Under the pieces are notes generated by a model that searched no databases, was not told the origin of the DNA, and worked only from the letters and a program-made list of their open reading frames with translations. DNA of 63,577 bases, the filler included, from Dicyema japonicum (lineage: Eukaryota > Animalia > Dicyemida): the NCBI GenBank assembly GCA_011109175.1. It is 8 parts of 8 records of this genome, joined end to end, with 100 filler letters (N's around TTAATTAATTAA, not from the genome) between each part and the next. Parts side by side here need not be neighbours in the genome. Positions count along the whole stretch, not along the records: positions 1 to 27,498 come from RDEW01000028.1; positions 27,599 to 34,512 come from RDEW01000162.1; positions 34,613 to 46,638 come from RDEW01000030.1; 5 more parts are not named here. One strand, written 5' to 3'. Numbering within the stretch: position 1 is the stretch's first letter; the number at the start of each line of letters is the position of its first letter. Below are positions 25,321-39,125 of this stretch, one piece after another. Both the position numbers and the translations under genes were made by a program.

Positions 25321-25878
25321 AATCAGATAGAGACCAAAAAAATAAGAATGAATGAAATCGATGAAATGAAATAAACACAAAAAATACACCACTAGAAAGC
25401 GTGCGAATTAAAAGAATTGAGGCAAACGGGGAAAAAAGAAAACAGCTTGAACCAGTAGCGCTTGAAGCCAGCGCCTGGTCGATCAAGGATTTGGCCACAG
25501 TAGGCCTGGCCGATTTTGGAATCCTGGCGGATACGCTTTGAGAAGGAATTGGGTGCCCCTGGGAATTGGGGATAAGCGTTTGGGTAAACCAAGGGGATTT
25601 CCAGCATTGGATAATGGCCGTGCTGGCCCTGGAGAGCCCGACGTAGGATAGGTGGAAGTACAAGAAGAGAACGAGCGGCCCATCCTGTGGTAATTGGATG
25701 ATTTACAAGAGGAATAAGTTGTCATGTGAGAATAAAAGAATGATAAAAACAAAAAAAAGGATCGATTAATAGAATGATAACAACAACAACCAAACAAAGC
25801 AGCGTGCCAAACATAAATAATTAAACTGGCACCACATCAGTCAACTAAAATAGACATTTTATTATATAAACTGTATAA

Positions 25879-26217
25879 TTATTTAAAATTATTATCCAAC
25901 AACTTAGGTGGAGGACTGAATAGACCATCAATGAAACAGTCCGGCAACTTCTCCTCCAACAACAGTCCAATCAAGTCCCCATTCTCCACTCCAGTCATAT
26001 TGAATACATTCAATCTTTTCAAATTCCTCAACCGTACAAAAAACAACAAAAAACTTAAAGCAATGAAGCATAGCAAGGCCTCTCTCACTGACCGAAGAGC
26101 AGCCACTCAAGTCCAAGTAGCGAAGGGAGTGACTAAAACTCCTCAACCTGGCCACCACAAAGTCATCCACGTTGACACATTCACTTAAATTAATATAATT
26201 TAAATTTTCACATTTAT
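25879..26217 (-). CDS. DMAC2: DMAC2/ATP5SL-like LRR protein (complex I assembly factor), C-terminal exons only
   Basis: NLSECVNVDDFVVARL...SLRYLDLSGCSSVSERGLAMLHCFKNLKRLNV...LIGLLLEEKLPDCFIDG parallels the ATP5SL C-terminus (ISERGLACLH...LVEEMLPNCEV); 28-nt intron at 26027-26054. Confidence 0.75.
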
Positions 26218-26711
26218 CTTTAAATTAATTATAAAATATATAACCAATATAATCCAAAATATCATAAAAAAATAAAGTCCCCGAGGCATTGATCGCCTCC
26301 ACTCGAAGACCAGGCACAAAACCGTGGGGAGAGAATCTACCGCGGTGACCCACCTGGGAGGTCCTTTAAGCGGCAAACCGGTCTTGATCGTGGAACTTGA
26401 CTGCCCCTTTGTATGAGATGATTATGTTGGCTGAGGCTATTTCATCCCCCCAGACCAGTTTTTTGTCGCATTTTTTCTAGTTTTGTCGTGTGGTGGCCTT
26501 ACTTGAATCGTTGTCGATATTTGTCCATTAAATTGAGGGACAGCATCTCCATTAGTGTTTCTGTGTTTGATATATTCCATAAATATTTTAAATGTTGTTT
26601 TATCTTGCGTTCTGGTTTGTAAAACAGTTTATTTGCAAAGTTTTTCAACATTATTAAAACACCCACAAAGAACCTTTTTAAATTTTATTTAATTTAAATT
26701 TTAAAAATATA

Positions 26712-27498
26712 TTATTGCGTGACGTGGGAATTAATCTGACCAATAATTTTATTATTAACGCACTTATTGTGCCATAATATTATATCCTGTGCAAAGGCCT
26801 TGAGAACACTTTCTGTATAACGACTCCCGGATATTCTATAGGGCCACCTCACAAAGGCATTGTATAGCCTTGTCCGGAGTTGAGCATTCGCTGATCCGTA
26901 TGATAGCCATTCCTTCCAGAGTTTGTGCATTGCTGCAGATGCCAGCATTTTTCTCCTTGCAATATCCTCACTATCTCCAGAAGAGAGCCAAGTTTTCGTG
27001 CATGACGCCATCTTTCATCGGTTTTGTCATTTGATCTTGTTACTTCCACGAGATCAGTTTTTTCTTTGTTTACATAAAGGAACCATTTTCTTAATTGCTC
27101 CGGTGCAAGTTCTAGAAGTTCTATTAATGAGGATTTGTCTTCGGATATCAAGTCCACGTCGTCGGCATAAATTGTTTCCTCGGTTCCACCTTTGTAGTAT
27201 GGTCTTAGATCTCGTAAGGCCGACTCCAAGTATATTACGAATAGCAATGGAGATAATGAGTCTCCCTGAGGCGTTCCCAGTGTCGTTTCAAAACTCATCG
27301 ACTTGTGTCCTCTTATTCTTACTTCAAGTTCAGTGTTGGCGAGAAGCAATCTAATTACTCTAACCGAGCTTTCATCCAAAAAGCGTTGTAGCACCTCAAT
27401 CAGCTTTGCCCTGTTTATTGTGTCAAAGGCCCTGGACATGTCAATTCCCAAAAGTGTGGTTGCACATTTGAATCTTTGAGATATAGCGCATCTCCATC
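26712..27498 (-). mobile_element. Non-LTR reverse transcriptase fragment (RTEX/Proto2-like)
   Basis: IDMSRAFDTINR, GTPQGDSLSPLLF, YADD, KLGSLL. Confidence 0.9.
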
Positions 27499-27598
27499 NN
27501 NNNNNNNNNNNNNNNNNNNNNNNNNNNNNNNNNNNNNNNNNNTTAATTAATTAANNNNNNNNNNNNNNNNNNNNNNNNNNNNNNNNNNNNNNNNNNNN

Positions 27599-27965
27599 AA
27601 AATTGGTATAACATGCATTCACTTTTATGGACAATTGAATTAAGTCCTCTTCCAAAGTTAGATCTGTTTATATATAATCTTTCTTTATTTGCAGGCTTCA
27701 GATGAACATGTAAATTAGATAGAATACGTCGAACTTCTGCATCAATGGCTTGAAACTCATGTGGTTCAATATTAATCAGTCCAATATAATAATTGTATAG
27801 TGAGAGGGAATAATCATTAATCGCCTTGAATAGATTCACTGCATTTAGTTTCGTGTTAGCCAAACTTTCAATTCTTTTCTTTACATTTTCTGCAATTGTT
27901 TTCATAACTTCATGCTTCAATACATTGCTTCCTTTATCTTCCAGAACTACCAGATATCGGTATCC
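27599..27965 (-). mobile_element. R4-like LINE fragment, same clade as 18102-21702
   Basis: GYRYL..LED.GSNVLK, TKLNAVNLFKAINDYSLSLYNYYIGLINIEPHEF, PANKERLY. Confidence 0.85.
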
Positions 27966-28335
27966 ACCATATCCGTCACGTACTAAAATAATTATTCGTT
28001 TTTAATATCAGTAATTAAATACGATCTTAATAATCTTTTTATTTGGTTCCCTGTAGGATCAGAAGGTTCACGGGAAAGCCTTGGGAACACAGGCGTCTCA
28101 TTGAAAAACTCTCGATTACCATAGTCAGAGGTAATGGTTTGGGGATAGGCTATCACTAATTGGTTAGCAAACACAACTTGATTTGCTTCAACCGATATTT
28201 GTATCATTCTTGCTACAAAATTTATACCATAGTACATGAGACATTGAGAGAATTTAACGGAATAGCCTTAATTTTCAGTCACTTTCTATTATCATTAATC
28301 ATTTTCAGAGATTTAATAATTATAGAACATATGAG

Positions 28336-28720
28336 ATGGGTCAAATTCGTCGAAGTAAGTATCAATTGATCAAGCAATTGACTCGCCTTAATGCAGGAAA
28401 CTTATTCCAGGCTTTGAACGAGTACTCCATTTCATTGCTCAACTACTACGTCGGTCTGATCGAATTCGAACCGAGTGAGTACGATAAAATTGACTTTATT
28501 GTCCGGAGCTTACTCAGAACAAAATACGTTCACGTGTTAGCAAGCAATAGGGAAAGATTATACTTGTCTCGCAGGCAGTTGGGACATGGACTGAGTAACG
28601 TCGTCTACCTAAGTGAAGGAATTCATACCCAGATGCACGACAGTTTGTGTAGTGGGTCGAATATACCCCAAAGGAAGGCTGTCATCCTTGCTGTTGAAAA
28701 ATGTGTGTTACACACCTAGG
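28336..28720 (+). mobile_element. R4-like LINE fragment
   Basis: LNAGNLFQALNEYSISLLNYYVGLIEFEPSE...SNRERLYLSRRQLGHGL. Confidence 0.85.
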
Positions 28721-28759
28721 AACTATAAAAAAGTATGTTCGGCTATGTATGGTCTAGAC

Positions 28760-30495
28760 CAGCGTTTCCCAACCTTTTTGTGCTCGCGGCACCTAAAACC
28801 AGGTTTTTTTTCTCGCGGCACATATTAGTTAGAAATGCTTTTTTAATTACAAAAAGTAATTATGATAACTAATAAGACACCTGCGCTTGTTTATGTGTAC
28901 ACAAACTTTCCAGACGGGGACATCTTCAATTTACAAAAGTTTCTCTTTAAATCCAATGATTTTATCAGTTGAGGTTAACATAATCTCGAAATTTCCTTGT
29001 AAAGACTTATTTAAAGAATTTATATGTTAGAATATATCCGTCAAATACGCCAACCTATTCAGAATTACCTTAGTAACCATTCTTTATTTTCGAAACATGA
29101 AACAAAGTAAATTTTATTTTGCAGGCGGTAATANAAGTAATTATGATAACTAATAAGACACTTGCGATTGTTTATGTGTACACAAAATTTCCAGAAGGAG
29201 ACGAATTTGCGACAAACATACCTTTAAAACCATTTGTGGTGAAAAAAATTTCGGGAAGAAGTTCTGGAAGAAATAATAACTGAAGTAATATCTGAAGAAA
29301 ACGAAGATCTAGTCAAGAGTCGCGAATTTTATAATGGAATTGACACAGAGGACAGAACAACGATATCAGAAACGTATGAAATAATGGATCTCTGGAGACA
29401 CTCCAAAAATATTATGAGTTTAGATTTCAACTTGGAAAATATTTAAGAAATAATAAAAATTTGAAATTAACTGATTATTTCAAAAAATGCTTAAAAAATG
29501 ATTTATTAATTAATCAAAATCAAATATAAAAAGATAGATGGAATCTATCAAACTATAAAGCAAAAAGCAAAACTTAAGGTTTGCCGACATGTTTTCTTTT
29601 TATAATAATAAAGTAAGATAGATAATTTTTTCTAAAGAATTTAAAAAATAGTGGCACATTTCGGAATTGGCAAATTACCACTAAAATTAGAAAATTTCTT
29701 TAAAAATTGGCAAATCTGAGAATTGGCAAATTTAAAAAGAGTTTACTGTAGTTTGAACCAGACCCCGGTTTGGAAGGGCACCCCAGCTTTTTGGGGCACT
29801 TTGGTGCCCCACCCCGGGGTTATACTGTAATTTTTANAATGAGAGGGACATGCTCTTTGGAACTGTAATACAAAACAGAACATCGATAATCATATTTTTT
29901 GAAACACCTTTTCATTTTTAATTTTCCAATCAATAAAGGCTTCAATTTATGATTTCCAAAAATATTTGCGCATAACATAACAGATACTTTTTTTTGAAGT
30001 TTTTGTATCCTTCGAACGAGCTTGTAGACCTAGAAATACTTCTGGATGGAATAAGCTTGTAGAATATTCCAGTTTCATCAAGGATATAAATCTGATCGCT
30101 GGTATATGACATTGAAAGTTCTTGAAATTCTTTGAGAAACCCTTCAATGTCGACACTTTTGTAGTTTATTTTTTAATTTTCAGTAATTTTTTTAAAGAAT
30201 TTAACAAATAGTTGCACATTTCGGAATTGGCAAATTGCCACTAAAATTATAAAATTTCTTACAAAATTACCAAATCTGAGAATTGACGAATTTAAGAATT
30301 GGCAAATTTAAGAGAGTTTACTGTAGTTTGAACCAAACCCCGGTTTGTAAGGGCACCCCAGCTTTTTGGGGCACTTTGGTGCCCCACCCCGGAATTAGAC
30401 TGTAATTTTTAATTTTAAATATTAAAAATCTCGCGGCACCTACGCCAGATCTCGCGGCACCAAAAGTGCCGCGGCACCCCGGTTGGGAATCGCTG
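28760..30495. mobile_element. Non-autonomous hAT (Buster/Charlie-like) shell with nested pogo-type MITE pieces
   Basis: TIRs CAGCGTTTCCCAACC (28760) and GGTTGGGAATCGCTG (30495), subterminal CGCGGCAC repeats, flanks GTCTAGAC/AAATAGAC (central TA, 5/8 match). Internal TACAGT-ended repeats occur twice. Confidence 0.75.
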
Positions 30496-31298
30496 AAATA
30501 GACAATTGCTGTCTATTGCGATAAAGTAATTATACTACTGGAAAGACAATAGACCATCTATTAATTTACTGTCTAAATTTGCAAGGTGAGCATTATAATA
30601 ATCATAAATATTACAAGAAACAAGTTCGGCTAAATCATATTTTGGTTATTCTATTACCAAGAAGGATATTTAATATGCATTAAGTATCTATTTTTGTTCA
30701 GTATTCAAAATATAAATTAATTATTACAAAAAATCAATTTTTTGTAATAAAAGTCTGGAATTTTATAAAACAAGATTTACTTGGTTAGTGANTCTTTCAA
30801 CAAATTGGTTATTCTGTACTTTCTTTCAAAAGTGAACTTTTTAAGTGTTGGTAATAACATAAAACGTAAGCACATAAATAAACTAATTAAATACGCATAG
30901 ACCACAAAAATAACCTCAAATCAAGTGTTAGGTTTACTGTAATAAAAGAATGACCCGATTAGATGTTAACATGTAATGAAAGCTGATCTTTTTGTAGAGT
31001 TCAGCTTTTTTTATTCCTGTCGTATTCATTGGCAGTTAGTAATTGACGAAATCAAAAATATTTTTCAGAAAATAAATTTCATAAGAATTAATGAAGATAT
31101 TTTCTATTGACATGAGATTTCAATTTGTCTTTAAGAAGTTCATTTTATTTATTCGGTTAAAAAAATTTAAGAATATCTTAAGAAAATATTAAGTTAAAGT
31201 CAATTTAATGCACAATTAAAATAGCCGTAAATTTGAAATGTCTACATTAATTTAAATTTACAAAATATGACACTTTTATTTAATAGAATCAATTTTAT

Positions 31299-32982
<1,684 letters not shown>

Positions 32983-33403
32983 TTTCTGAATCTATATAAT
33001 AAAAAAATTTAATCATATAAATCTACTTCAATTATTACGTTGCGAAGGAGACATAACGTGAATTAAGTAATTTATACATTTTTATTGAAACTAAATTAAG
33101 TTTATTAATTATAATGAATCAAGAATTGAATAAATATGAATGTATTCGCGATTTCATTGATTTTTCTGGATTCTGTTAAATCCACAGTTCGCTTGATAGC
33201 AAACAAATTTATGTCAATACGAAAATGAAATATTAAATTTCCTTGTTTAGAATTTATTAAGAATTAAATTTGACATTTTTTAGAATTGAAATTTTTATGA
33301 TTTTGAAATCTATTTGCAAGTTTTCGTTTTTAATTAAATGGTACATGATTCTCGTATTATTATTATTATTAAACACCAAGACCACGGTAAAAACCGAACA
33401 AAA

Positions 33404-33412
33404 GTCACGTGA
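33404..33412. promoter_or_regulatory. E-box (GTCACGTGA, USF/MiT-TFE type) in the CCDC77-CIB divergent intergenic region
   Basis: Exact motif in the 657-bp region between two head-to-head ATGs; function not shown. Confidence 0.35.
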
Positions 33413-33639
33413 TCCCGATGCACTCAACCAGGAACCGCATCCTCGCTCGGTACTCTTCCCACGAGCCCACACAAGATCGTACCGGGCGGCTATATAAAAT
33501 AATTATCGTATAAAATAATTATTGAATATAGGGAATTAATTCTCTTGAGAAATAATTTATAAATATTTATTTAATATAAAAGCTTTTTAATATTTATCAA
33601 TGAATAGGATATAAAATTTCCATAAATCTATTTGTAGCA

Positions 33640-34312
33640 ATGGGTAATAAGCAAAGCGTTATTTCTGAAGAAAAAATGAATGATTATACAGTTTTTTTCA
33701 AGTTTGATTTTTAGAGTCTTACATACCTCACTGAATTTGAAATACTCCGTCTACATGAAAAGTTTCATAAAAACAAAAAAAATGGTAACCCAGAAGAATT
33801 GAAAATTTCATACGAAGAATTTTCCATTTTCCCGGAATTTGAAGTTATATAAATTAAATTTTAAATAGAATAATCCATTTGTCAAAAGAATTTTTTCACT
33901 AATTACAGGAAATAATAAATTTATGGATTTTGAAGATTTTATTAATCTTTATTCTATACTTTCACCGCAGAGCTCCGTAAAACTTAAAGCATCTTTTGTA
34001 TTTCATTTGAACGGTACGTATAACTTAATTATATTTCAAGATTTTGACGGGGATGAATTAATTAGAAGAGACGATATTAGTGAAACAATTAAACTACTTT
34101 TTGGAGAATTTGTATCTGAAATTCAAAAAAATGAGATTATAGACAAAGTTATTATTTTTCATGTTATCTTTTAGGTACTATGTGAATTAGATATAGACAA
34201 AAATGAAAATATAAATTTAGAAGAATTTATCATGGGAATGGAAAAAATTTCTAGCTTCAAAAAGTTTATTCATTTATTTAAAATATTAAGTGCGTATACT
34301 TTATTTCCTTAA
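33640..34312 (+). CDS. CIB: Calcium- and integrin-binding (CIB) EF-hand protein
   Basis: MGNKQS myristoylation-type start, LTYLTEFEIL, NPFVKRI, MDFEDFINLYS, DFDGDELIRRDD, ELDIDKNENINLEEF; 24-nt intron at 33691-33714. Confidence 0.9.
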
Positions 34313-35199
34313 TGTTGTCTAAATAATAGAACGTTTGATTGCCTTAAGATAATTTAACTGTTTTTTATTGTTTTTTTAAATTAGTCATTAATTATGCCCA
34401 CGAATCCGCTCCTGCGGGTATGAATTTTTCTCACGGGAGTGATCCTTTGAGAAACACATAAACCTTTCTCACATGTCGTTTCTTTTCTTCTGGACGAGTA
34501 GGTCGATTAAATNNNNNNNNNNNNNNNNNNNNNNNNNNNNNNNNNNNNNNNNNNNNTTAATTAATTAANNNNNNNNNNNNNNNNNNNNNNNNNNNNNNNN
34601 NNNNNNNNNNNNGCCTCCGATCGAGGTGAGTTTTCACCGTATTTTAGCCATTAGAATCTTTGATCGATAGATCTTATCGATCCTTTAAGAGACAATAGAG
34701 AGACCTCTTAATATCTCAAATAAATCTATCCAAAACTAAAGAAAATAAAGAAAACAGCCAGTCTTTGCAGTTGGACGGACCTCTTAAAAAGTGCTCCTAT
34801 CGAATGAGAAAGTCGCGCTAATTTGTCACCAACTGAGAAACATAGACTATGTGATTTCACTCTATTACTATGGGGAAAGATAAGGATGTGACGAAAGAAT
34901 GAGAATACTTTTACAAAGTAACCAAAGGGGCAATGGAACTCATAAAGAGATGATATTCTAACCAGTACGTTAAATAATATAATTGATTTTATCTCGGCAG
35001 AATCAATAGAAAAAAATTAAGAAAGTACCGCGTCATTGAGTACCAAAAAAGTAAAAATTAAATTTGGCATTATTTAACTCTGATTTTTCAATTTTTATGC
35101 ATATTTAACAATTTAATAAATAATTTTACGAATGTTTAACTTCCGCTGAATCTTTTAAACATTTTTTTCAATCTTAATACATTAAAATAATTAAAAAAT

Positions 35200-35826
35200 C
35201 ATATTATGGGATTCTTTCAAAGCCCATCTAGTGGATTCCGTCAAAAGAAAACTTAAATGCAACAACACTGATGTCGCCGCTATTCCTGGTGGACTAACAA
35301 GTGATATGCTACCACTCGATGTTTCTTTGAACAAGCCGTTCAAAGACAGATTGAAAAAAATTGGAGTAATTGGATTATGAAGGCGATAAGCAGTTTACTA
35401 AAAAGGGAGCCATGAAAGCACTCTCGTTAGAATTAATAACAGGATGGATTAAACAGTCGTTGGATGATCTGTCTCTCTACTGTGGAACGCTTCATAAAGA
35501 AATACTGCAATTCCAATGCTTCCGATGAGACAGAAGACGACCTTATCTAGGAAGAGGAGGAAACTGATGATAAAGAAGACCAAGAAGATGCCCTTTATGA
35601 CGACAGACTAATCTAATATGAATGGGACGAGATTTTTGAAAATAGTGACGATGAAGACGGATTTAGAAGTCTATGTAATCACTTTATAATTTAATTTATT
35701 GTTTCTAAACTAAAAATAAATCACTTTCTAAAAGTGTTCATTGTTGTTCGTCTCTCTCGGCGCGTAATATCACAGGGTTACAAAGTAAATAGTAGAAGGT
35801 CTACTTATACACCGGAAAATACGGTA
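35200..35826 (+). mobile_element. pogo-family transposon 3' remnant with TIR
   Basis: IPGGLTSDMLPLDVSLNKPFKDRL...SNASDETEDDLI; right TIR CTTATACACCGGAAAATACGG followed by TA. Confidence 0.8.
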
Positions 35827-36559
35827 ACTATTATTTTCAGTGGTTTTGATTTTTTAGTCGTTGTGAAAGAACCACTCCCATCTTTTTATTCATTTCTTTA
35901 TAATACGAAGACTGCAAATTTACTCTCTCAATTTTAAACTGGAACTCATAATCCTTACAAATAAATAACAATAAAAAAACCTTTTGTATAAGTGTCAAGA
36001 TTTTTTACAACTTCCAATTCTTCTATATTAAAACTTTCTAAATTATCGTGAACATGATTCCAAAAAAAGTATTGAATCCAGGAATACCACGATACTCTTT
36101 GGTATCTGTCAGAGACAACGTTCCTAGAAATAACATGTGATAAATATTATTTTTCCACACTTCATATTAAGTATACGAAGAGTATGTTAACAAAGTGAAG
36201 GAATATGCCCCCTAACCGTTAGGAGGAAAATTCCGGAACGTGGGTACATACGACCCCATACCTGTTAATGAGCGAATTCCGGAAAATGCGAGCATACGAC
36301 GATAATATTAAATTCCTGCTTATTCCTACTAAAATTTTAATTAAAATTAAATAAAAGTTTTCCGTCTATCACAAGGAAGTTTTCAGCCTTTTATACTTCC
36401 GAGTTTTTGATACATTCAGGCCTTGTCCCTCCAGGATGCAGTTTATAATGTTGTACTCTTCAGTATTTTTTATGGTAACTTTATTAGACATCAGAACAAC
36501 GTGATTAATGGGCTACTTTTTTGATTTTATTGTCACGCTGTTTATCACTTACAAAAACA

Positions 36560-37140
36560 GTTCTGTGTAGAACCAAAAATCTTTATAAAGAACGAGGCTA
36601 TTCCTATTAACAAAACACCAAAGATTCTGAGAGTCACCATTATCTGATATGTTGAAAACAAAGTTTCTTCTGCTCTGAAGAAAATGAAAATTTTAAAAGT
36701 GCTCTCAGAAACAGTTAGAGACCAAACTGGTGGCCTTGCCACGATTTATGAACAATTTATCCAACCAACGATGACGTATGCAAGTCCTCCTTGGGAAATG
36801 CAGATTTCACGATCCTCCTCATTGAAACTATCCACAATCGAGGAGACTGCAATAAGGTTAATTGGACAAAAATACAAAATCCAGCCCATTGAAAATTTCT
36901 TAATCGGATTACAACGGAAACTCTTAAAGGAGGATAGTTTACCGAGCTGCTCTCTATCCATACACTATCGAAATATCCACAATCAGAAATTTTGAACCGA
37001 TGCCATGTCCAATGAGAAAAGCTGTTCCGGATTCTCGACCCCGCCGGACTTGTTTTTTCCTTTGTCGGTCTGGGATCACATAGTTAGATGAGAACTTTTA
37101 TTTCTTTCTTGTTGACCCAGTGATCCTGGGGGTAATTATA
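36560..37140 (+). mobile_element. Ingi/Vingi/Jockey-like LINE 3' fragment
   Basis: IPINKTPKIL.VT, ILKVLS, FIQPTMTYASPPW, KLSTIEETAIRLI, followed by an AT-rich tail. Confidence 0.68.
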
Positions 37141-37379
37141 ATAATTTTATTGTCAAAAATTATGGTATGCCAACAAAAATTAATGTAAATCTTTTATAAA
37201 ATACTTTTACACATAATATTATTTTTACCTAAGATTAATCTCTATTAGTAAAAATAATGATTTTATATAAAAATGCACAAATTATTCCGAAACTTAACTG
37301 TTGATTAATTTGCAATAAACATGATAGATGTTGACACCTGTCAAAACACCTGTCATCACTCTCAGCGCACATTAAATTG

Positions 37380-37916
37380 GCCCGCACTTATACTTGTCAA
37401 AATCTGCATGCGGGCCACACCGATGCTTGTGGAGGTTGCTTTTTGTTGAAATCATCATCTAGATATTCAAACTTCTTTCAAAGAGAATTTATAATAGTGT
37501 GCAATTCCAATTAAGCAACGTCGACTATTTCATCGATCCTAATTAAAAAAATAGTCAAATTTTATCAATTCAGACTTTAATCGGTGTTTCAAAGACATTT
37601 CATTATTCTGTTCGGCAACAGTGTTTCTGGTTAATGAAATACTTTAAAAAAGTGGCGTTGTCGGGACAAATAATTCATTTGTTGGTGAAATCATTATCGC
37701 AATGTGATTTTCAATTCATTGCAACCATTCTGCTGATTTCATAGATTGCAGTAACTGATGCAGTACTTCCATTATGTTTTTTTGTGAAATGAGTATGTAA
37801 AGCAGTTAATTTTTTTCGCATTTTATAGCCATTAAATTGGGCCGCAATTATAGTTGTCAAATTCCGCATGCTGGGCACACCGATGCTTGTGGAGGGCCGC
37901 ATGTTTGACATCCCTG
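37380..37916 (-). mobile_element. hAT (SPIN/GTF2IRD2-like) remnant with one TIR
   Basis: TIR CAGGGATGTCAAACATGCGGCCC, duplicated subterminal CACACCGATGCTTGTGGAGG, relic ASVTAIYEISRMVA..IICPD. Confidence 0.62.
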
Positions 37917-38859
37917 ATCCACCTAGTTATTACCTGGGATGGAGTTGTCTCGAAATAAAATAAAATATATATAGAAAAGGAATCTTTTATAGGAGCAACG
38001 AGAACTTATATCCATTTGGTTGTGTTGAAAAAGATTCTCGAAAGCATGTAATTGAAACAAACATGAGATGAAGGTTTTTGATGAAGAGTAAAGATCTTTT
38101 CCGTAGTCGTTTTTTAATAATTTTATCCTTTAAAAAAATGTCAATCTTCTGGAAGTAGCTCTTATCAAGATTGAAGTGTGGTGATTGTAAAAATGAGCCG
38201 ATGATGATGCTAAAAATGACTTCAATCTAATATAATTCCAGGGAGAATTTATGTGCTGAACATTGATTAATACTAATAAAATTAATCATTTTTAGATAGA
38301 TTGATTTAACATTTATGCAAATAAACCATATAATCTGATTTCACTTTTGATTAGATAAAGAAATTCATTTACTGCATAACGATCATAATTTTTTGTTACT
38401 ACCTCATAATGATGATTTCTTAATTTAAATCCATTTTTAACTTTCTAATCTTCTTGCTTTAAGTTTAGTCAGGTATCTTAATTTACCAATGTTTTTCAGA
38501 TTGCTAAGAATAATGAAGTCATTCAGATCGTTTTATAATATTAATTATAAAACCTTTTAAACAATGGAATAACAGCTCATCTAGTGTGGAAAAGCTGAGG
38601 ATTAAATAATGGAAACATTACAGATCTTTGGTGAAGGATGTTGTTGTATTGTATGAAACCTTTGATTCTATAAAGTCAATCCATGATAAAACTTTGAAGA
38701 TTAGGCGCATGTTAAATATGATAAGTTGTTTTTATTCTTTTAATCAATCTTAGATCTCTTTGAAATTTATGACAAGCGAGATATTTATTTTTATCATTCT
38801 GTTTAATTATTATTAGCACTTATCCCTATGTCATAAGACATGACAAAGCATGTGCAACA

Positions 38860-39065
38860 CGAGTTAGCAAATCACTGGGTAGTTTCATCCACTTCCTCCT
38901 ATTCAAAGCCGCAGTGCGCAACCAGTCAAGATCCTCTTAACTTCCAAGATGCCGTCCAATTTTTTTGAGGTCCTGACTGCCAGTGTCGTCCTTGGGCGAC
39001 CACGGAAACGGGGGGCCTTCAACATGAAGTAATCTTCCATGCTACGTTCGCGGGGGCATTCTGTT
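38860..39065 (-). mobile_element. 3' end of an RTEX/Proto2-like LINE, same type as 8925-9182
   Basis: FRGRPRTTL...QDLKKIGRHL..EDLDWLRTAALNRRKW across a frameshift. Confidence 0.65.
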
Positions 39066-39125
39066 GGATAAATTTCATAATTTAAATTTTTTAAATTTGG
39101 AAAAGTTTGATATTATTTTTGAATG

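Noticed and set aside
26274-26450. RNase MRP (AAAGTCCCCG resembles CR-I)
   Set aside because: No complementary CR-V strand for P4 and no upstream helices; flank is pure AT
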